This document shows positions 47,084-56,585 of a stretch of 64,000 bases of DNA, in pieces (the stretch's first letter is position 1; each line of letters starts with the position of its first letter). Location of the stretch: positions 79,639 through 143,638 of the forward strand of contig JBDNCJ010000001.1 of NCBI GenBank assembly GCA_046719715.1. The letters run 5' to 3'. The stretch is from Chloroherpetonaceae bacterium. Its GTDB lineage: Bacteria; Bacteroidota; Chlorobiia; Chlorobiales; Thermochlorobacteraceae. Under the pieces are notes generated by a model, which saw only the letters and a list, made by a program, of their open reading frames with translations, searched no databases and was not told where the DNA came from. The position numbers and the translations under genes were made by a program.

Positions 47084-48076
47084 ATGATTCAACAAATGCA
47101 AATGCCGGAGCGTCTGGAACTCGACGACAGTTCGTATTCCAACAATTACGGCAAATTTATTGCTCAACCGCTTGAACGCGGTTACGGAGTAACTATCGGA
47201 AATGCCATGCGCCGCGTCCTCCTTTCTTCATTGCCAGGAACGGCAATTACGGGCATCAAAATCGAAGGTGTTCTGCACGAATTTTCAACCTTAGAAGGTG
47301 TTAAGGAAGATGTTCCGGATATTGTGTTGAACTTAAAGCAGGTTCGCTTCCGCTCAATCAGCAAGCGCACAGCGGTGGTTTCTTTGACGCTCAAAGGACC
47401 GAAGAACTTCACGGCGGCAGATATTGTGAGCAGCGAAGGCGACTTTGAAGTGCTTAATCCAGATTTACACATCGCAACGCTCAATAAAAATGCGATGATT
47501 AAAATGGATATCTATGTTGGCAGAGGACGCGGCTATGTACCAGCAGAAGAAAATAAGCCCGAAAGCATGCCGATTGGGTTTATTCCCATGGATTCAATTT
47601 ACACGCCCATTCGCAATGTGAAATACAGCATTGAGAACACGCGCGTCGGTCAGAAAATTGATTACGAAAAATTGATTCTGGAAGTCGAGACGGACGGGTC
47701 AGTCGCGCCCGATGAAGCCGTAAGCATGGCAGGCAAAATCATCACCGACCATATCAAGTTGTTTGCTACCTTCACGCCGACGACAGAAGAAGAAACCACT
47801 GTTCCTGAAACCCAAGAAGACAACGCGGAGTTCGATAGAATGCGCCAACTCTTGCTCACGCGCATTGAAGATTTGGAGCTTTCGGTGCGCTCTCACAACT
47901 GCTTGCGCTCGGCGGAAATTGAAACTCTGGGGCAACTCGTCGCAAAACGAGAAGAAGAACTCTTAAACTTCAAAAACTTCGGCAAGAAGTCGCTCACGGA
48001 GCTCAAAGAACTGGTAGAGTCCAAAAATCTGCACTTCGGTATGGATACCTCAAAGTATCGCTTGAAAGAAGTCTAA
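47084..48076 (+). CDS. rpoA: DNA-directed RNA polymerase alpha subunit
   Basis: [46 protein letters not shown]. The C-terminal domain contains [26 protein letters not shown]. Confidence 0.97.
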   Translation: MIQQMQMPERLELDDSSYSNNYGKFIAQPLERGYGVTIGNAMRRVLLSSLPGTAITGIKIEGVLHEFSTLEGVKEDVPDIVLNLKQVRFRSISKRTAVVSLTLKGPKNFTAADIVSSEGDFEVLNPDLHIATLNKNAMIKMDIYVGRGRGYVPAEENKPESMPIGFIPMDSIYTPIRNVKYSIENTRVGQKIDYEKLILEVETDGSVAPDEAVSMAGKIITDHIKLFATFTPTTEEETTVPETQEDNAEFDRMRQLLLTRIEDLELSVRSHNCLRSAEIETLGQLVAKREEELLNFKNFGKKSLTELKELVESKNLHFGMDTSKYRLKEV

Positions 48077-48115
48077 AAACAAAGGACAACCGACAAAAAA
48101 TTTGTAGAGGAAATT

Positions 48116-48592
48116 ATGCGAAAACAAAAGCACACTGTTAAAAAAATCGGACGCACAACCGCGCACCGACATGCAACGCTCTCCAATCTCTCAACGGAAT
48201 TGATACGTCATAAACGTATTCGTACGACGGAAACAAAAGCAAAAGCATTGCGACCTTTTGTTGAAACTCTCATCACGAAAGCCAAAAAAGGCACGATGCA
48301 TGCACAACGCGAAGCGTTCAAGGTGATTCGCGATAAAGCCGTCATTAAGGAACTTTTCGGCGAAGTTGCAAATAAAACGGCAAACCGAAACGGCGGATAT
48401 ACGCGCATCATTAAACTCGCGCCACGACTCGGCGACGCGGCAAAAATGGCTTACATTGAACTCGTTGACTTTGGCGCAGAACCTGATGTGAAAAAGTCGC
48501 AAAAACAAGACCGTGCACGCCGTGTTCGCGGGTCAAAAGAAGCACAGGCGAAAAGCACTGGCGAACAAAAAGACATGACTGCTACGGCTTGA
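48116..48592 (+). CDS. rplQ: 50S ribosomal protein L17 (with a C-terminal extension)
   Basis: [47 protein letters not shown]..., [25 protein letters not shown]. Confidence 0.96.
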   Translation: MRKQKHTVKKIGRTTAHRHATLSNLSTELIRHKRIRTTETKAKALRPFVETLITKAKKGTMHAQREAFKVIRDKAVIKELFGEVANKTANRNGGYTRIIKLAPRLGDAAKMAYIELVDFGAEPDVKKSQKQDRARRVRGSKEAQAKSTGEQKDMTATA

Positions 48593-48613
48593 AATCAAAC
48601 TCATTGAAGCAGC

Positions 48614-48648
48614 AAAGGCTTGTCTTTCGGACAAGCCTTTTTTGTTTT
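48614..48648 (+). terminator. rho-independent terminator closing the ribosomal protein/rpoA/rplQ cluster
   Basis: A perfect 11-bp stem, aaaggcttgtc / gacaagccttt, with a 5-nt loop is followed directly by TTTGTTTT. Confidence 0.85.
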
Positions 48649-48678
48649 CACTGAGCATGGTCTCAATCGTCAATTTTG

Positions 48679-48752
48679 TGCGCCCGACGGGAGTTGAACC
48701 CATAACCTTCGGCTTCGGAGACCGACGCTCTATCCAGTTGAGCTACGGGCGC
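48679..48752 (-). tRNA. tRNA-Arg (anticodon CCG)
   Basis: The minus-strand sequence is GCGCCCGTAGCTCAACTGGATAGAGCGTCGGTCTCCGAAGCCGAAGGTTATGGGTTCAACTCCCGTCGGGCGCA. The acceptor stem is GCGCCCG/CGGGCGC, the anticodon stem is TCGGT/GCCGA with loop CT-CCG-AA, the T loop is TTCAACT, and the discriminator is A. Confidence 0.9.
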
Positions 48753-48764
48753 AAAAAGTAAGTC

Positions 48765-48795
48765 CAAAGATACGGTAGCCTATGTCGCGCTCCAA
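48765..48795 (-). promoter_or_regulatory. candidate FCB-type promoter for tRNA-Arg (TTG-N20-TATCTTTG on the minus strand)
   Basis: The minus strand reads gTTGg-N-..-TATCTTTG-gacttacttttt-tRNA. The -7-like box is at 48765-48772 and the TTG at 48793-48795. Confidence 0.4.
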
Positions 48796-48797
48796 CT

Positions 48798-49463
48798 TCA
48801 CGGCTGCCACGATTCCAAATGATATGCACTCTCCCAAAAAAGCCACTCCAAGCGCGAACTGTTGACAAACGCCTCCGTCATCTTTTTGCGAAGCGAATCT
48901 GTCGCCGTATTGCCGACCTCGTCAGTAATCGCAATCATTTTATCAACAATCGCACTGAACTCCGGGCTTGAATACATCTCAATCCACTTCTTGTAAGGAT
49001 TCTTGTCGTAAGAAGGAAGCGTAGAAGATTTTGAAAAGATAAAATTTCCCACTTCGCGATAAATCCAAAAACACGGTAAAAGCGCGGCAACGCCTTCTTC
49101 ATAACTGCGCAAAGAAGCCGTCGCAAGCATATAGTTGGTATAGGTAAAACAGGCAGGCGCATAGCCAACATTGAGCGTTGTGCCATAGAAGTCCAAATAA
49201 AATTCGTGCAATCCTCGCTCGGCAACAATCGCACCTTCGGCAAATTTGATGAAATCAATGATGCGTGCCGCGCCATCTGAACGTGCCGCGATGAGAGAAA
49301 GGGCTTTTGCGAAATCCATCAAATACAGGGCATCTTGCTTGATGTAAAACTCAAACCGCTCCCGCGAGAGCGTGCCGCTCATCAACTCTTGATTGAATGG
49401 ATGCGTGGTGATGGAATCGTAAATCGGGGCGACTTCGCGCCAAAAAGCATTTGTTAGTTTCAT
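48798..49463 (-). CDS. tenA: TenA-family thiaminase II / aminopyrimidine aminohydrolase
   Basis: The start is trimmed to MKLTNAFWREVAPIYDSITTHPFNQELMSGTLSRERFEFYIKQDALYL. It also contains LLPCFWIYREVG. These are typical TenA/PqqC-like fold motifs. Confidence 0.8.
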   Translation of the reverse strand: MKLTNAFWREVAPIYDSITTHPFNQELMSGTLSRERFEFYIKQDALYLMDFAKALSLIAARSDGAARIIDFIKFAEGAIVAERGLHEFYLDFYGTTLNVGYAPACFTYTNYMLATASLRSYEEGVAALLPCFWIYREVGNFIFSKSSTLPSYDKNPYKKWIEMYSSPEFSAIVDKMIAITDEVGNTATDSLRKKMTEAFVNSSRLEWLFWESAYHLESWQP

Positions 49464-49612
49464 TGTTGGATAAATCCGAGTTTGAGAAAGTTCTAAAATA
49501 CACCGCGCTGAAAAATTTTCGGCGAATAAAACGCTGGGGCGAAAAGGTTGGAACGAAACCCGCAAAATTGCGTATCTTCTTGCAGTTTGAAGTTTTTAGA
49601 AAGGAGTAAAAA

Positions 49613-50134
49613 ATGAACATTACCAAACCGCTTTCGGATTCTTTTCGCTGGAGTTTTCAATATTTTCAGCAACATCCTCTTCAAACGCTTTTTATCATTA
49701 CCGTTCTTGCAATTCGATATTTCTTTGCTGTCTTCTTCATTTATGGCTTTTGGCATAAGCTGGTCAAGGAGTGGATGTGGACGGATATAATGAAAGTGCA
49801 TTTTCAGCAACGCCTCTCTGAAATTCCGCCCGATTCGTTTCAAGCCGCCTACCTCGAGTATTTCGGCATTCCCTTCTACATTCCAATCGCTTTTGTTGTA
49901 ACCGTCGGCGAATTGATTATCGGCGTAGCGTTGATGCTCGGCGTTACAACGCGAGTTAACGCGGGCTTCGGGCTGTTCATGCTCCTGAACTTTGCGGCGG
50001 GCGCATTTTACAACATTTGGATTATCATTCTCTCTGCAATGGCGATTTTAATTATGTTCTTTCCGACAGGTCATTGGTTGGGATTTGACAAACACCTACA
50101 CGAAAAATATCCCAACTCATTCTGGTTCAAATAA
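49613..50134 (+). CDS. DoxX/DoxD-like family membrane protein
   Basis: 173 aa with 4 predicted TM helices. It resembles the DoxX pattern (IRYFFAVFFIYGFWHKL ... GELIIGVALMLGVTTRVNAGFGLFMLLNF). The assignment is tentative. Confidence 0.4.
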   Translation: MNITKPLSDSFRWSFQYFQQHPLQTLFIITVLAIRYFFAVFFIYGFWHKLVKEWMWTDIMKVHFQQRLSEIPPDSFQAAYLEYFGIPFYIPIAFVVTVGELIIGVALMLGVTTRVNAGFGLFMLLNFAAGAFYNIWIIILSAMAILIMFFPTGHWLGFDKHLHEKYPNSFWFK

Positions 50135-50160
50135 CAACATTAAAAAAAGAGGAGTAAACT

Positions 50161-52047
50161 ATGATGGAAGTATTGGTCAATGTCGCCGTTCCGAATTACG
50201 TGCGAAATAAAGGATTTCAGGCGTGGCTCAACGAAGTAGTTGAACTTTGTAAGCCGAATGATGTGCGCTTCTGCGACGGTTCACAAGAGGAATATGATGA
50301 ACTGTGTGAGTTAATGGTGCGAAGCGGTACGTTCAAACGGCTTAATCCTGAAAAGCGTCCGAACTCGTTTTTAGCATGGTCTGACCCAAGCGATGTCGCC
50401 CGCGTCGAAGATAGAACCTTCATTTGCTCCTTGCGCAAGCAAGATGCTGGACCGACCAACAACTGGGTTGATCCAAAAGAAATGAAGCAAACGCTGACGA
50501 AACTCTACGACGGATGCATGCGCGGCAGAACGCTGTATGTTGTTCCGTTCAGTATGGGACCGCTCGGCTCGCCGATTTCGCAAATTGGCATTGAACTGAC
50601 TGACTCGCCTTATGTGGTCGTGAATATGAAAATCATGACGCGCATGGGACGCAAGGTTTGGGACGTGCTGGGAGAGAACGGCGAGTATGTCAAATGCTTG
50701 CACAGCATCGGTGCGCCGCTTCTTGAAGGACAAAAAGACGTGCCATGGCCTTGCAATCCGAAAGAAAAATACATTGTGCATTTTCCCGAAGAGCGGCTGA
50801 TTTGGTCTTACGGTTCGGGCTACGGCGGTAATGCGTTGCTGGGCAAGAAGTGTTTCGCACTTCGCATTGCATCGGTGATGGGACGCGATGAAGGCTGGCT
50901 TGCCGAACACATGCTCATTATGGGCGCGGAATCGCCCAAGGGCGAGAAAACCTACGTGGCGGCGGCGTTCCCAAGCGCGTGCGGCAAAACCAACTTTGCC
51001 ATGCTCATTCCGCCGAAGGAATTAGGCGGCTGGAAGATTACAACCATTGGCGACGACATTGCTTGGATTAAGCCTGACGAAAACGGTGAACTACGCGCCA
51101 TCAATCCTGAAGCAGGCTTCTTCGGGGTTGCACCGGGCACTTCTTACAGCACAAACCCCAACATGATGGAAGCCATTAAATCCAATACGATTTTCACCAA
51201 TGTGGCACTTACGCCCGACGGCGACGTGTGGTGGGAAGGCATGGACGGCGAGCCGCCCGCAGAGTGCCTCGATTGGCAAGGGCAAAAATGGACGCCGCAA
51301 CTCGCCAAAGAAACAGGTAGAACTGCCGCGCACCCCAACGCCCGATTTACCGTTACCGCGACACAATGCCCCGTGATTGATAAAGACTGGGAAAATCCGA
51401 AAGGCGTGCCAATTTCTGCGTTCATTTTCGGGGGACGGCGGGCGAGCAATGTGCCGCTGGTGTATCAAGCCGTGAACTGGAACTTCGGCGTCTATCTCGC
51501 CGCGACGATTGGTTCAGAGATGACCGCCGCCGCGTTTGGCAAAATCGGTCAAGTCCGACGCGACCCCTTTGCGATGCTTCCCTTCTGTGGATACCACATG
51601 GGCGATTACTTCAATCATTGGCTTCAAATGGGACGAAGCGTGCCCGTCCCGCCGCGTATTTTCGGTGTGAATTGGTTCAGAAAAGATGAGAACGGGAAAT
51701 TCATTTGGCCTGGCTTCGGCGAAAATATGCGCGTCTTGGAGTGGATTATCAACCGCGTCAATGGCAAAACTTCTGCGATTGAATCGCCGCTCGGCTGGAT
51801 GCCGCGTTATGAAGACCTCGACTTAAGAGGATTGAACTTGTCAAAAGAAAAATTCAATAAGTTGATGGAAGTCGACCGTGAAGCATGGAAGCAAGAAATT
51901 CTTTCGCATGAAGAACTCTTCGAGAAACTCTATGACCGTTTGCCGAAAGAGTTCGTTTTGATGCGCGAATTGATTCTCTCGAGCCTTTGGCGTTCACCGG
52001 CGAAGTGGGAACTCGTTCACGAACGATACGCCGAAGAAGCCAAATAA
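50161..52047 (+). CDS. pckG: phosphoenolpyruvate carboxykinase (GTP)
   Basis: 628 aa. It has the kinase-1a motif [15 protein letters not shown] plus [32 protein letters not shown] and NPNARFT. A GAGGAG SD lies upstream. Confidence 0.95.
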   Translation: MMEVLVNVAVPNYVRNKGFQAWLNEVVELCKPNDVRFCDGSQEEYDELCELMVRSGTFKRLNPEKRPNSFLAWSDPSDVARVEDRTFICSLRKQDAGPTNNWVDPKEMKQTLTKLYDGCMRGRTLYVVPFSMGPLGSPISQIGIELTDSPYVVVNMKIMTRMGRKVWDVLGENGEYVKCLHSIGAPLLEGQKDVPWPCNPKEKYIVHFPEERLIWSYGSGYGGNALLGKKCFALRIASVMGRDEGWLAEHMLIMGAESPKGEKTYVAAAFPSACGKTNFAMLIPPKELGGWKITTIGDDIAWIKPDENGELRAINPEAGFFGVAPGTSYSTNPNMMEAIKSNTIFTNVALTPDGDVWWEGMDGEPPAECLDWQGQKWTPQLAKETGRTAAHPNARFTVTATQCPVIDKDWENPKGVPISAFIFGGRRASNVPLVYQAVNWNFGVYLAATIGSEMTAAAFGKIGQVRRDPFAMLPFCGYHMGDYFNHWLQMGRSVPVPPRIFGVNWFRKDENGKFIWPGFGENMRVLEWIINRVNGKTSAIESPLGWMPRYEDLDLRGLNLSKEKFNKLMEVDREAWKQEILSHEELFEKLYDRLPKEFVLMRELILSSLWRSPAKWELVHERYAEEAK

Positions 52048-52084
52048 CGCGATACCTCCAGCGCGTGTATCTCAAAGGTGAAAC

Positions 52085-52122
52085 GAAACGCCGATAAGAC
52101 GAATCAAGCCTATCGGCGTTTC
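52085..52122 (+). terminator. hairpin after pckG (terminator candidate)
   Basis: A perfect 12-bp stem, gaaacgccgata / tatcggcgtttc, has a 14-nt loop. The downstream T-run is weak (gctttg). Confidence 0.45.
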
Positions 52123-52125
52123 GCT

Positions 52126-52161
52126 TTGAGCAAAATTTTGAGCAAAATTTTGAGCAAAATT
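52126..52161. repeat. perfect 12-bp tandem repeat x3 (TTGAGCAAAATT)
   Basis: Three contiguous identical copies were read directly from the sequence. They lie between the pckG hairpin and the tRNA-Cys promoter-like boxes. Confidence 0.95.
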
Positions 52162-52188
52162 AAGGGGGAAAAGAAGAGGCGGAAAATG

Positions 52189-52220
52189 TTTGGCAAAAGT
52201 CGAAACGCTGATTATCTTTG
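52189..52220 (+). promoter_or_regulatory. candidate FCB-type promoter for tRNA-Cys (TTTG-N20-TATCTTTG)
   Basis: TTTG lies at 52189-52192 and TATCTTTG at 52213-52220. The tRNA 5' end is 20 nt downstream. Confidence 0.45.
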
Positions 52221-52239
52221 CGCCCTTTCAGAAAAACAA

Positions 52240-52311
52240 GGTGCGGTAGCCAAGTGGTAAGGCCAGGGTCTGCAAAACCCTCATTCGTCGGTTCGATTCC
52301 GACCCGCACCT
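52240..52311 (+). tRNA. tRNA-Cys (anticodon GCA)
   Basis: The acceptor stem is GGTGCGG/CCGCACC, the D stem is 3 bp (GCC/GGC), the anticodon stem is AGGGT/ACCCT with loop CT-GCA-AA, the T arm is GTCGG-TTCGATT-CCGAC, and the discriminator is U. Confidence 0.9.
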
Positions 52312-52345
52312 CAACGCTTCAAATCCACACAAACTTTCAACGCGT

Positions 52346-54013
52346 GTGTTTTCTCGCCCAACGCTCATCTTCCTCAATCTCATTGTTTTTTTGGTGCTAT
52401 GCGCCTATGTGCTTGCTCCGTCGCTTGTCGCGCTGAAAGAAAGCCTCTTCGCGCAAGGCGTGCTCACTTTTGCCTACTACGAGCGAATTTTTTCGGCGTC
52501 GCGCTATCTTTTTGCGATGCTGAACACGCTTTGGGTGTCGGTGCTGACCGTAGCGGGCGCAGGCGCAGTCGGAACGGCGTTAGCATTTCTTTTTTGGCGA
52601 TACACATTTCCCTTCAAGCAAGGCGTTTCCCAACTTCTCTTGTTGCCGATTGGATTGCCGCCGCTTATCGGGGTCTTTGCATTTCAGATGCTTTACAGCG
52701 AATCGGGCGTTTTGCCGAGAGCGATTCAAGCGATGTTTGGATTGTCGGAACCTCCGTTCTCGTTTGAGGGCGCGTGGGCGGTGCTTTTCGTGCATATCTA
52801 TTCGTTCTTCGTGCATTTTTATCTCTTCGTTTATGCCGCACTTTCAAAAGTCGATTACGCATTGGTAGAGGTTGCGCGAACCTTCGGCGCGGGTCGATCA
52901 AAAGTGTTTGTGAAAATTCTTTTGCCGCTGATTCGCCCTGCGTTGCTTTCGGCGAGTTTAATCGTGTTTGTGTTGAGCATGGCGTCGTTCACCGCGCCGC
53001 TACTCTTTGCAAGCAAGATGCCTTTTTTGACGGTTGAGATTTACAATCAAAAAATCGGCGGCGAATTTGGGATTGCAAGCGGGCTAACGGTGTTGCTGGT
53101 TCTGACGTCGTCGTCGCTTCTCTTTGTGTTTGAAAAGTTGAACGAAGTTCGCACCGTGCTTGCGCAGCGCGGCTCTGTGCGGAGCGTGCCGATGAAGCCG
53201 CTTTCTGTTGGCGCGGCAATAGGGCTTGTGAGCATGGCGCTCTTCGTGGCAATGCCGATTGCGATGCTCATGCTGATGTCGCTCTCTGAAATGCCAGCGT
53301 CGTCGCGAAGCATTTTACCGACAGCGTTTGGTGTTGGGAATTATGTGCGCGTGTTCAAGGAGGCGAATTTTTACGAACCGTTTGTGAATAGTTTTTCGAT
53401 GTCGATGATTGCAAGCGTGATAAACTTGCTTTTCGGCGTGGCGGCGGGCGTATTGATTGCGTCGCGAAAGATGGCGTTCAAATCGGCGGTGAGCGTAGTG
53501 TTCTTGCTTCCGTTTGCGGTGCCAGCGACAGCGTTGGGCGTGAATTTGATTGCGACGTTTAATCAGCCGTCGGTCTTTGCATTTGGGCAAACATGGGTCG
53601 GGACGATGTGGATTTTACCGCTTGCGTATTTCATTCGCCATTTGCCTTACATCACGCGAAGTGTGTCGAGCGTGCTCGCGAATTTTGATAAGTCGCTTTC
53701 GGAAGTTGCATCGACGTTGGGCGCGTCGCCGTCGCGTGTAGTGCGTCGAGTGATTGTGCCGATTGCACTTTCGGCGATTGCATCGGGATTTTTATTCACC
53801 TTCGTGAGTGCGATGAGTGAGTTTCCTTGTTCGGTGTTGCTATATTCGCCCGACGCGGTGCCGATTTCAGTTGCGATTTTTTCGTCGCTTCGATTGGGCG
53901 AGTTCGGCGTTGCGTCGGCGCAAGGCGTCTTGCTCGTCGGCATCGTGCTTGTTCTAACGACGGGTGTGCAGTGGATTTTCAAGTCAACGCAAAAAGAGCC
54001 GCTCGGCTTTTGA
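52346..54013 (+). CDS. ABC transporter permease with two fused transmembrane domains (FbpB/ThiP-like)
   Basis: 555 aa with about 12 TM helices. Two EAA-type loops are present (VEVARTFGAGRSKVFVKILLPLIRPAL and SEVASTLGASPSRVVRRVIVPIAL). The start is GTG. No SBP or ATPase gene lies next to it. Confidence 0.8.
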   Translation: MFSRPTLIFLNLIVFLVLCAYVLAPSLVALKESLFAQGVLTFAYYERIFSASRYLFAMLNTLWVSVLTVAGAGAVGTALAFLFWRYTFPFKQGVSQLLLLPIGLPPLIGVFAFQMLYSESGVLPRAIQAMFGLSEPPFSFEGAWAVLFVHIYSFFVHFYLFVYAALSKVDYALVEVARTFGAGRSKVFVKILLPLIRPALLSASLIVFVLSMASFTAPLLFASKMPFLTVEIYNQKIGGEFGIASGLTVLLVLTSSSLLFVFEKLNEVRTVLAQRGSVRSVPMKPLSVGAAIGLVSMALFVAMPIAMLMLMSLSEMPASSRSILPTAFGVGNYVRVFKEANFYEPFVNSFSMSMIASVINLLFGVAAGVLIASRKMAFKSAVSVVFLLPFAVPATALGVNLIATFNQPSVFAFGQTWVGTMWILPLAYFIRHLPYITRSVSSVLANFDKSLSEVASTLGASPSRVVRRVIVPIALSAIASGFLFTFVSAMSEFPCSVLLYSPDAVPISVAIFSSLRLGEFGVASAQGVLLVGIVLVLTTGVQWIFKSTQKEPLGF

Positions 54014-54014
54014 G

Positions 54015-54857
54015 ATGAGACAGTTACTCGATTTCATCATTTACGATTTTCGGCAATACATTTTACTCGTTGTATTTTGTTTGCTTTCGCTCGGATTGCT
54101 GGTCAATCGCGACACGCCGACTCTGCGGGTTATTCGTGGCGCAAGCGTTGAACTCTTCGGTATAATTGAAACGCCGCTAAAAATTTGGAATCGTTATTTC
54201 GGGTTGATTGATGAAAACGCAACCCTGCTCGCCACCAACGCCGAACTTTCAGCCGAAGCCAGCCGCATGCGCGCCGCGCAAATCGAGAACGAAAAACTTC
54301 GTGAACTTCTGAACTGCAAAGCCGAAACGCCGCGTGCGCTTCACTTCGCCCACGTGGTTGATAGAACCTTCCACCCTGAACGAAATTTATTTATGATTGA
54401 CGCTGGCTCGCAAGATGGCGTTGAAATCGGTATGGCGGTCTTGACCGATAAAGGCTTAGCGGGAAGAATTATTTTAACCTCGCCGCACTTTGCGATTGTT
54501 CAGCCAATTATCAACGCTGATTTCAAAGTCAGTGTGGTGTCGGAAAAAACGCGCTTGCTTGGCGTGGTGCATTGGACGGGTGGAGATATTGCCCATTCGC
54601 AACTCTTGCACATTCCGACCAGCCGAAAAATTGAAGTCGGAGAGCGACTTCTGACAACAGAGTTCAGCTCATTTGCAAATGCCAACATTCCTGTTGGAAC
54701 GGTCGAGCAAGCAGAGACAAGCGACAACGATTTGTTTCAACGGATTCGCGTGCAACTTTCAGTAGATTTCAGCACGCTCGAGCACGTGTTTGTGGATTTA
54801 ACAAAGCCGAGTGTGGAGCAGAACCAACTGCGGGCTCGCTACAAAGAATTTCAGTAA
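54015..54857 (+). CDS. mreC: rod shape-determining protein MreC
   Basis: The start is trimmed to MRQLLDFIIYDF. It has an N-terminal TM helix, a coiled coil (NAELSAEASRMRAAQIENEKLRELL) and beta domains (GMAVLTDKGLAGRIILTSPHFAIVQPIINADFKVSV). Confidence 0.85.
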   Translation: MRQLLDFIIYDFRQYILLVVFCLLSLGLLVNRDTPTLRVIRGASVELFGIIETPLKIWNRYFGLIDENATLLATNAELSAEASRMRAAQIENEKLRELLNCKAETPRALHFAHVVDRTFHPERNLFMIDAGSQDGVEIGMAVLTDKGLAGRIILTSPHFAIVQPIINADFKVSVVSEKTRLLGVVHWTGGDIAHSQLLHIPTSRKIEVGERLLTTEFSSFANANIPVGTVEQAETSDNDLFQRIRVQLSVDFSTLEHVFVDLTKPSVEQNQLRARYKEFQ

Positions 54858-54891
54858 AGTCACTTCTTTTCAACTCGTTTTTTCAACTCGT

Positions 54892-55356
54892 TTGAGACAG
54901 CGCATTCTTTGGTATGTCGGCGGCGCGATTGCGCTCGGCTTCCTTCAAAAACTTCTCTTTGACCGTTTGCTTATCTTCGGCGCAAAGCCCGACGCGCTCT
55001 TGCTTCTGACGGTTTGGATTGCGCGACGCGAAGGGCAGAGCCTCGGCATCACCGCAGGCTTCTTCATCGGGCTGTTCATGGATTTGCTTCACGGCACGAT
55101 GGGGCTTGATTCATTTGCAAAAACCGTTTCTGGATTTGTAGCAGGATTTTTTGCCAACCCCGACGACCTCGACAAGGCTTCCAACTTCATCTTGGCGACA
55201 GCATTAGCGGCACTGTTTGGAACGTCCGCCTACGAACTCGTGTCAACAGCACTGCAAGCACCGCTATTCAAATGGACGCTCTTGGCGATTGCAACAAGCC
55301 TATACAATCTGCCGTTTGCGTATTTGTTCTTTGAAGGCGCGAAGCGTTTCACTTAA
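54892..55356 (+). CDS. mreD: rod shape-determining protein MreD (start uncertain; TTG proposed)
   Basis: It is a small polytopic protein directly after mreC. PDALLLLTVWIARREGQSLGITAGFFIGLFMDLLHGTMGLDSFAKTV fits the MreD pattern. The ORF-track start at 54811 overlaps mreC. Confidence 0.6.
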   Translation: MRQRILWYVGGAIALGFLQKLLFDRLLIFGAKPDALLLLTVWIARREGQSLGITAGFFIGLFMDLLHGTMGLDSFAKTVSGFVAGFFANPDDLDKASNFILATALAALFGTSAYELVSTALQAPLFKWTLLAIATSLYNLPFAYLFFEGAKRFT

Positions 55357-55381
55357 ACATTAAACACTGCCTAAATTTTTC

Positions 55382-56557
55382 ATGCCTTTCTCACTCAACT
55401 TCACCAAACTCTTCAAAGAGTTCACGGAAAGCAATCAATCGTCAGGACTTTTGCTTTTGGCAAGCACAGTGATGTCGCTTCTCTTGGCAAATGTGCTACT
55501 TGGCGAGGCGTATATTCACTTTTGGCACACGAAAATCGGCGTTCAAACGGACTATGTGAATCTCAAACACAGTCTTGAACACTGGATTAACGACGGCTTA
55601 ATGGCGATTTTTTTCTTGCTTGTCGGCTTGGAAATTGAGCGTGAAATTTACGCGGGCGAACTTTCCGACTTGCGTAAAGCCACTCTGCCCATATTTGCCG
55701 CGCTCGGTGGAATGCTTCTTCCCGCAATGCTTCACCTTTTGCTGAATGCGGGAACAGAAACGCAAGCAGGATTCGGAATTCCAATGGCGACAGACATTGC
55801 TTTCGCGCTTGGCATTTTGGCAATGGTCGGAAAAAATGTGCCGTTAGCGGTTAAGGTGTTTCTCACCGCGCTGGCGATTATCGACGACTTAGGCGCGATT
55901 ATCGTCATCGCAGTTTTCTACTCAAAAGGATTTTCGCTCGCCTATTTTCTCGGCGCGATGGGGCTTTTCGCATTTATGCTCGTGTTGAATCGATTGAAAG
56001 TTGACGCGCTTTGGATTTACCTTGTGCTCGGTGTAGTGATGTGGTATTGCATGATGGAATCGGGAATTCATGCAACGATTGCAGGTGTATTGCTTGCGTT
56101 TGCCATTCCGTTCCGAGACGGCTCGGAATCGTCGCCGTCGTATCGCCTTCAACATGCGCTTCATATTCCGGTGCTCTTTGTGATTATGCCGATTTTCGCA
56201 TTAGCAAATACAGGCATTCTCTTTTCTGAAAATTGGTGGCAAGGATTGCTTTCGGAAAACAGTCTCGGAATTTTCTTGGGGCTCTTCGTTGGAAAGTCGG
56301 TTGGGATTCTCGGAGCGGCACTGCTTGCCATTCAGTTGAAAGTTGCCGAGTATCCACGCGGCACAACGTGGAAGCATTTTTTCGGCGCGGGATTTCTGGG
56401 CGGAATCGGATTCACGATGTCTATCTTCATTACGGTGTTGGCGTTTGAGAGCAATGCGGAAGTGATTGCCGCTTCAAAAATATCGGTGTTAATGACTTCG
56501 GTTGTTGCGGGGCTTGTCGGATTTACAATTCTCAAACTGCAACCGATGCCGAAGTGA
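55382..56557 (+). CDS. nhaA: Na+/H+ antiporter NhaA
   Basis: 391 aa. It contains [21 protein letters not shown]-like [40 protein letters not shown] and [16 protein letters not shown]. Confidence 0.95.
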   Translation: [391 protein letters not shown]

Positions 56558-56585
56558 GAATCATGCAGAACCTTTGTTCTCAACA

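Noticed and set aside
49464-49612. A possible TPP (THI-box) riboswitch upstream of tenA
   Set aside because: I read both strands for the CUGAGA ... ACCUGAUCUGGAUAAUGCCAGCG core and found nothing resembling it. The region looks like a plain divergent promoter spacer.
52126-52161. A CRISPR array interpretation of the short tandem repeats
   Set aside because: The units are 12-15 nt and directly abutting with no spacers, there are only 2-3 copies, and no cas genes are in the window.
52078-52260. A 60-aa ORF (..ALSKILSKILSKIKGEKK..)
   Set aside because: Its repetitive peptide is just the translation of the 12-bp x3 tandem repeat, and its 3' end overlaps tRNA-Cys.
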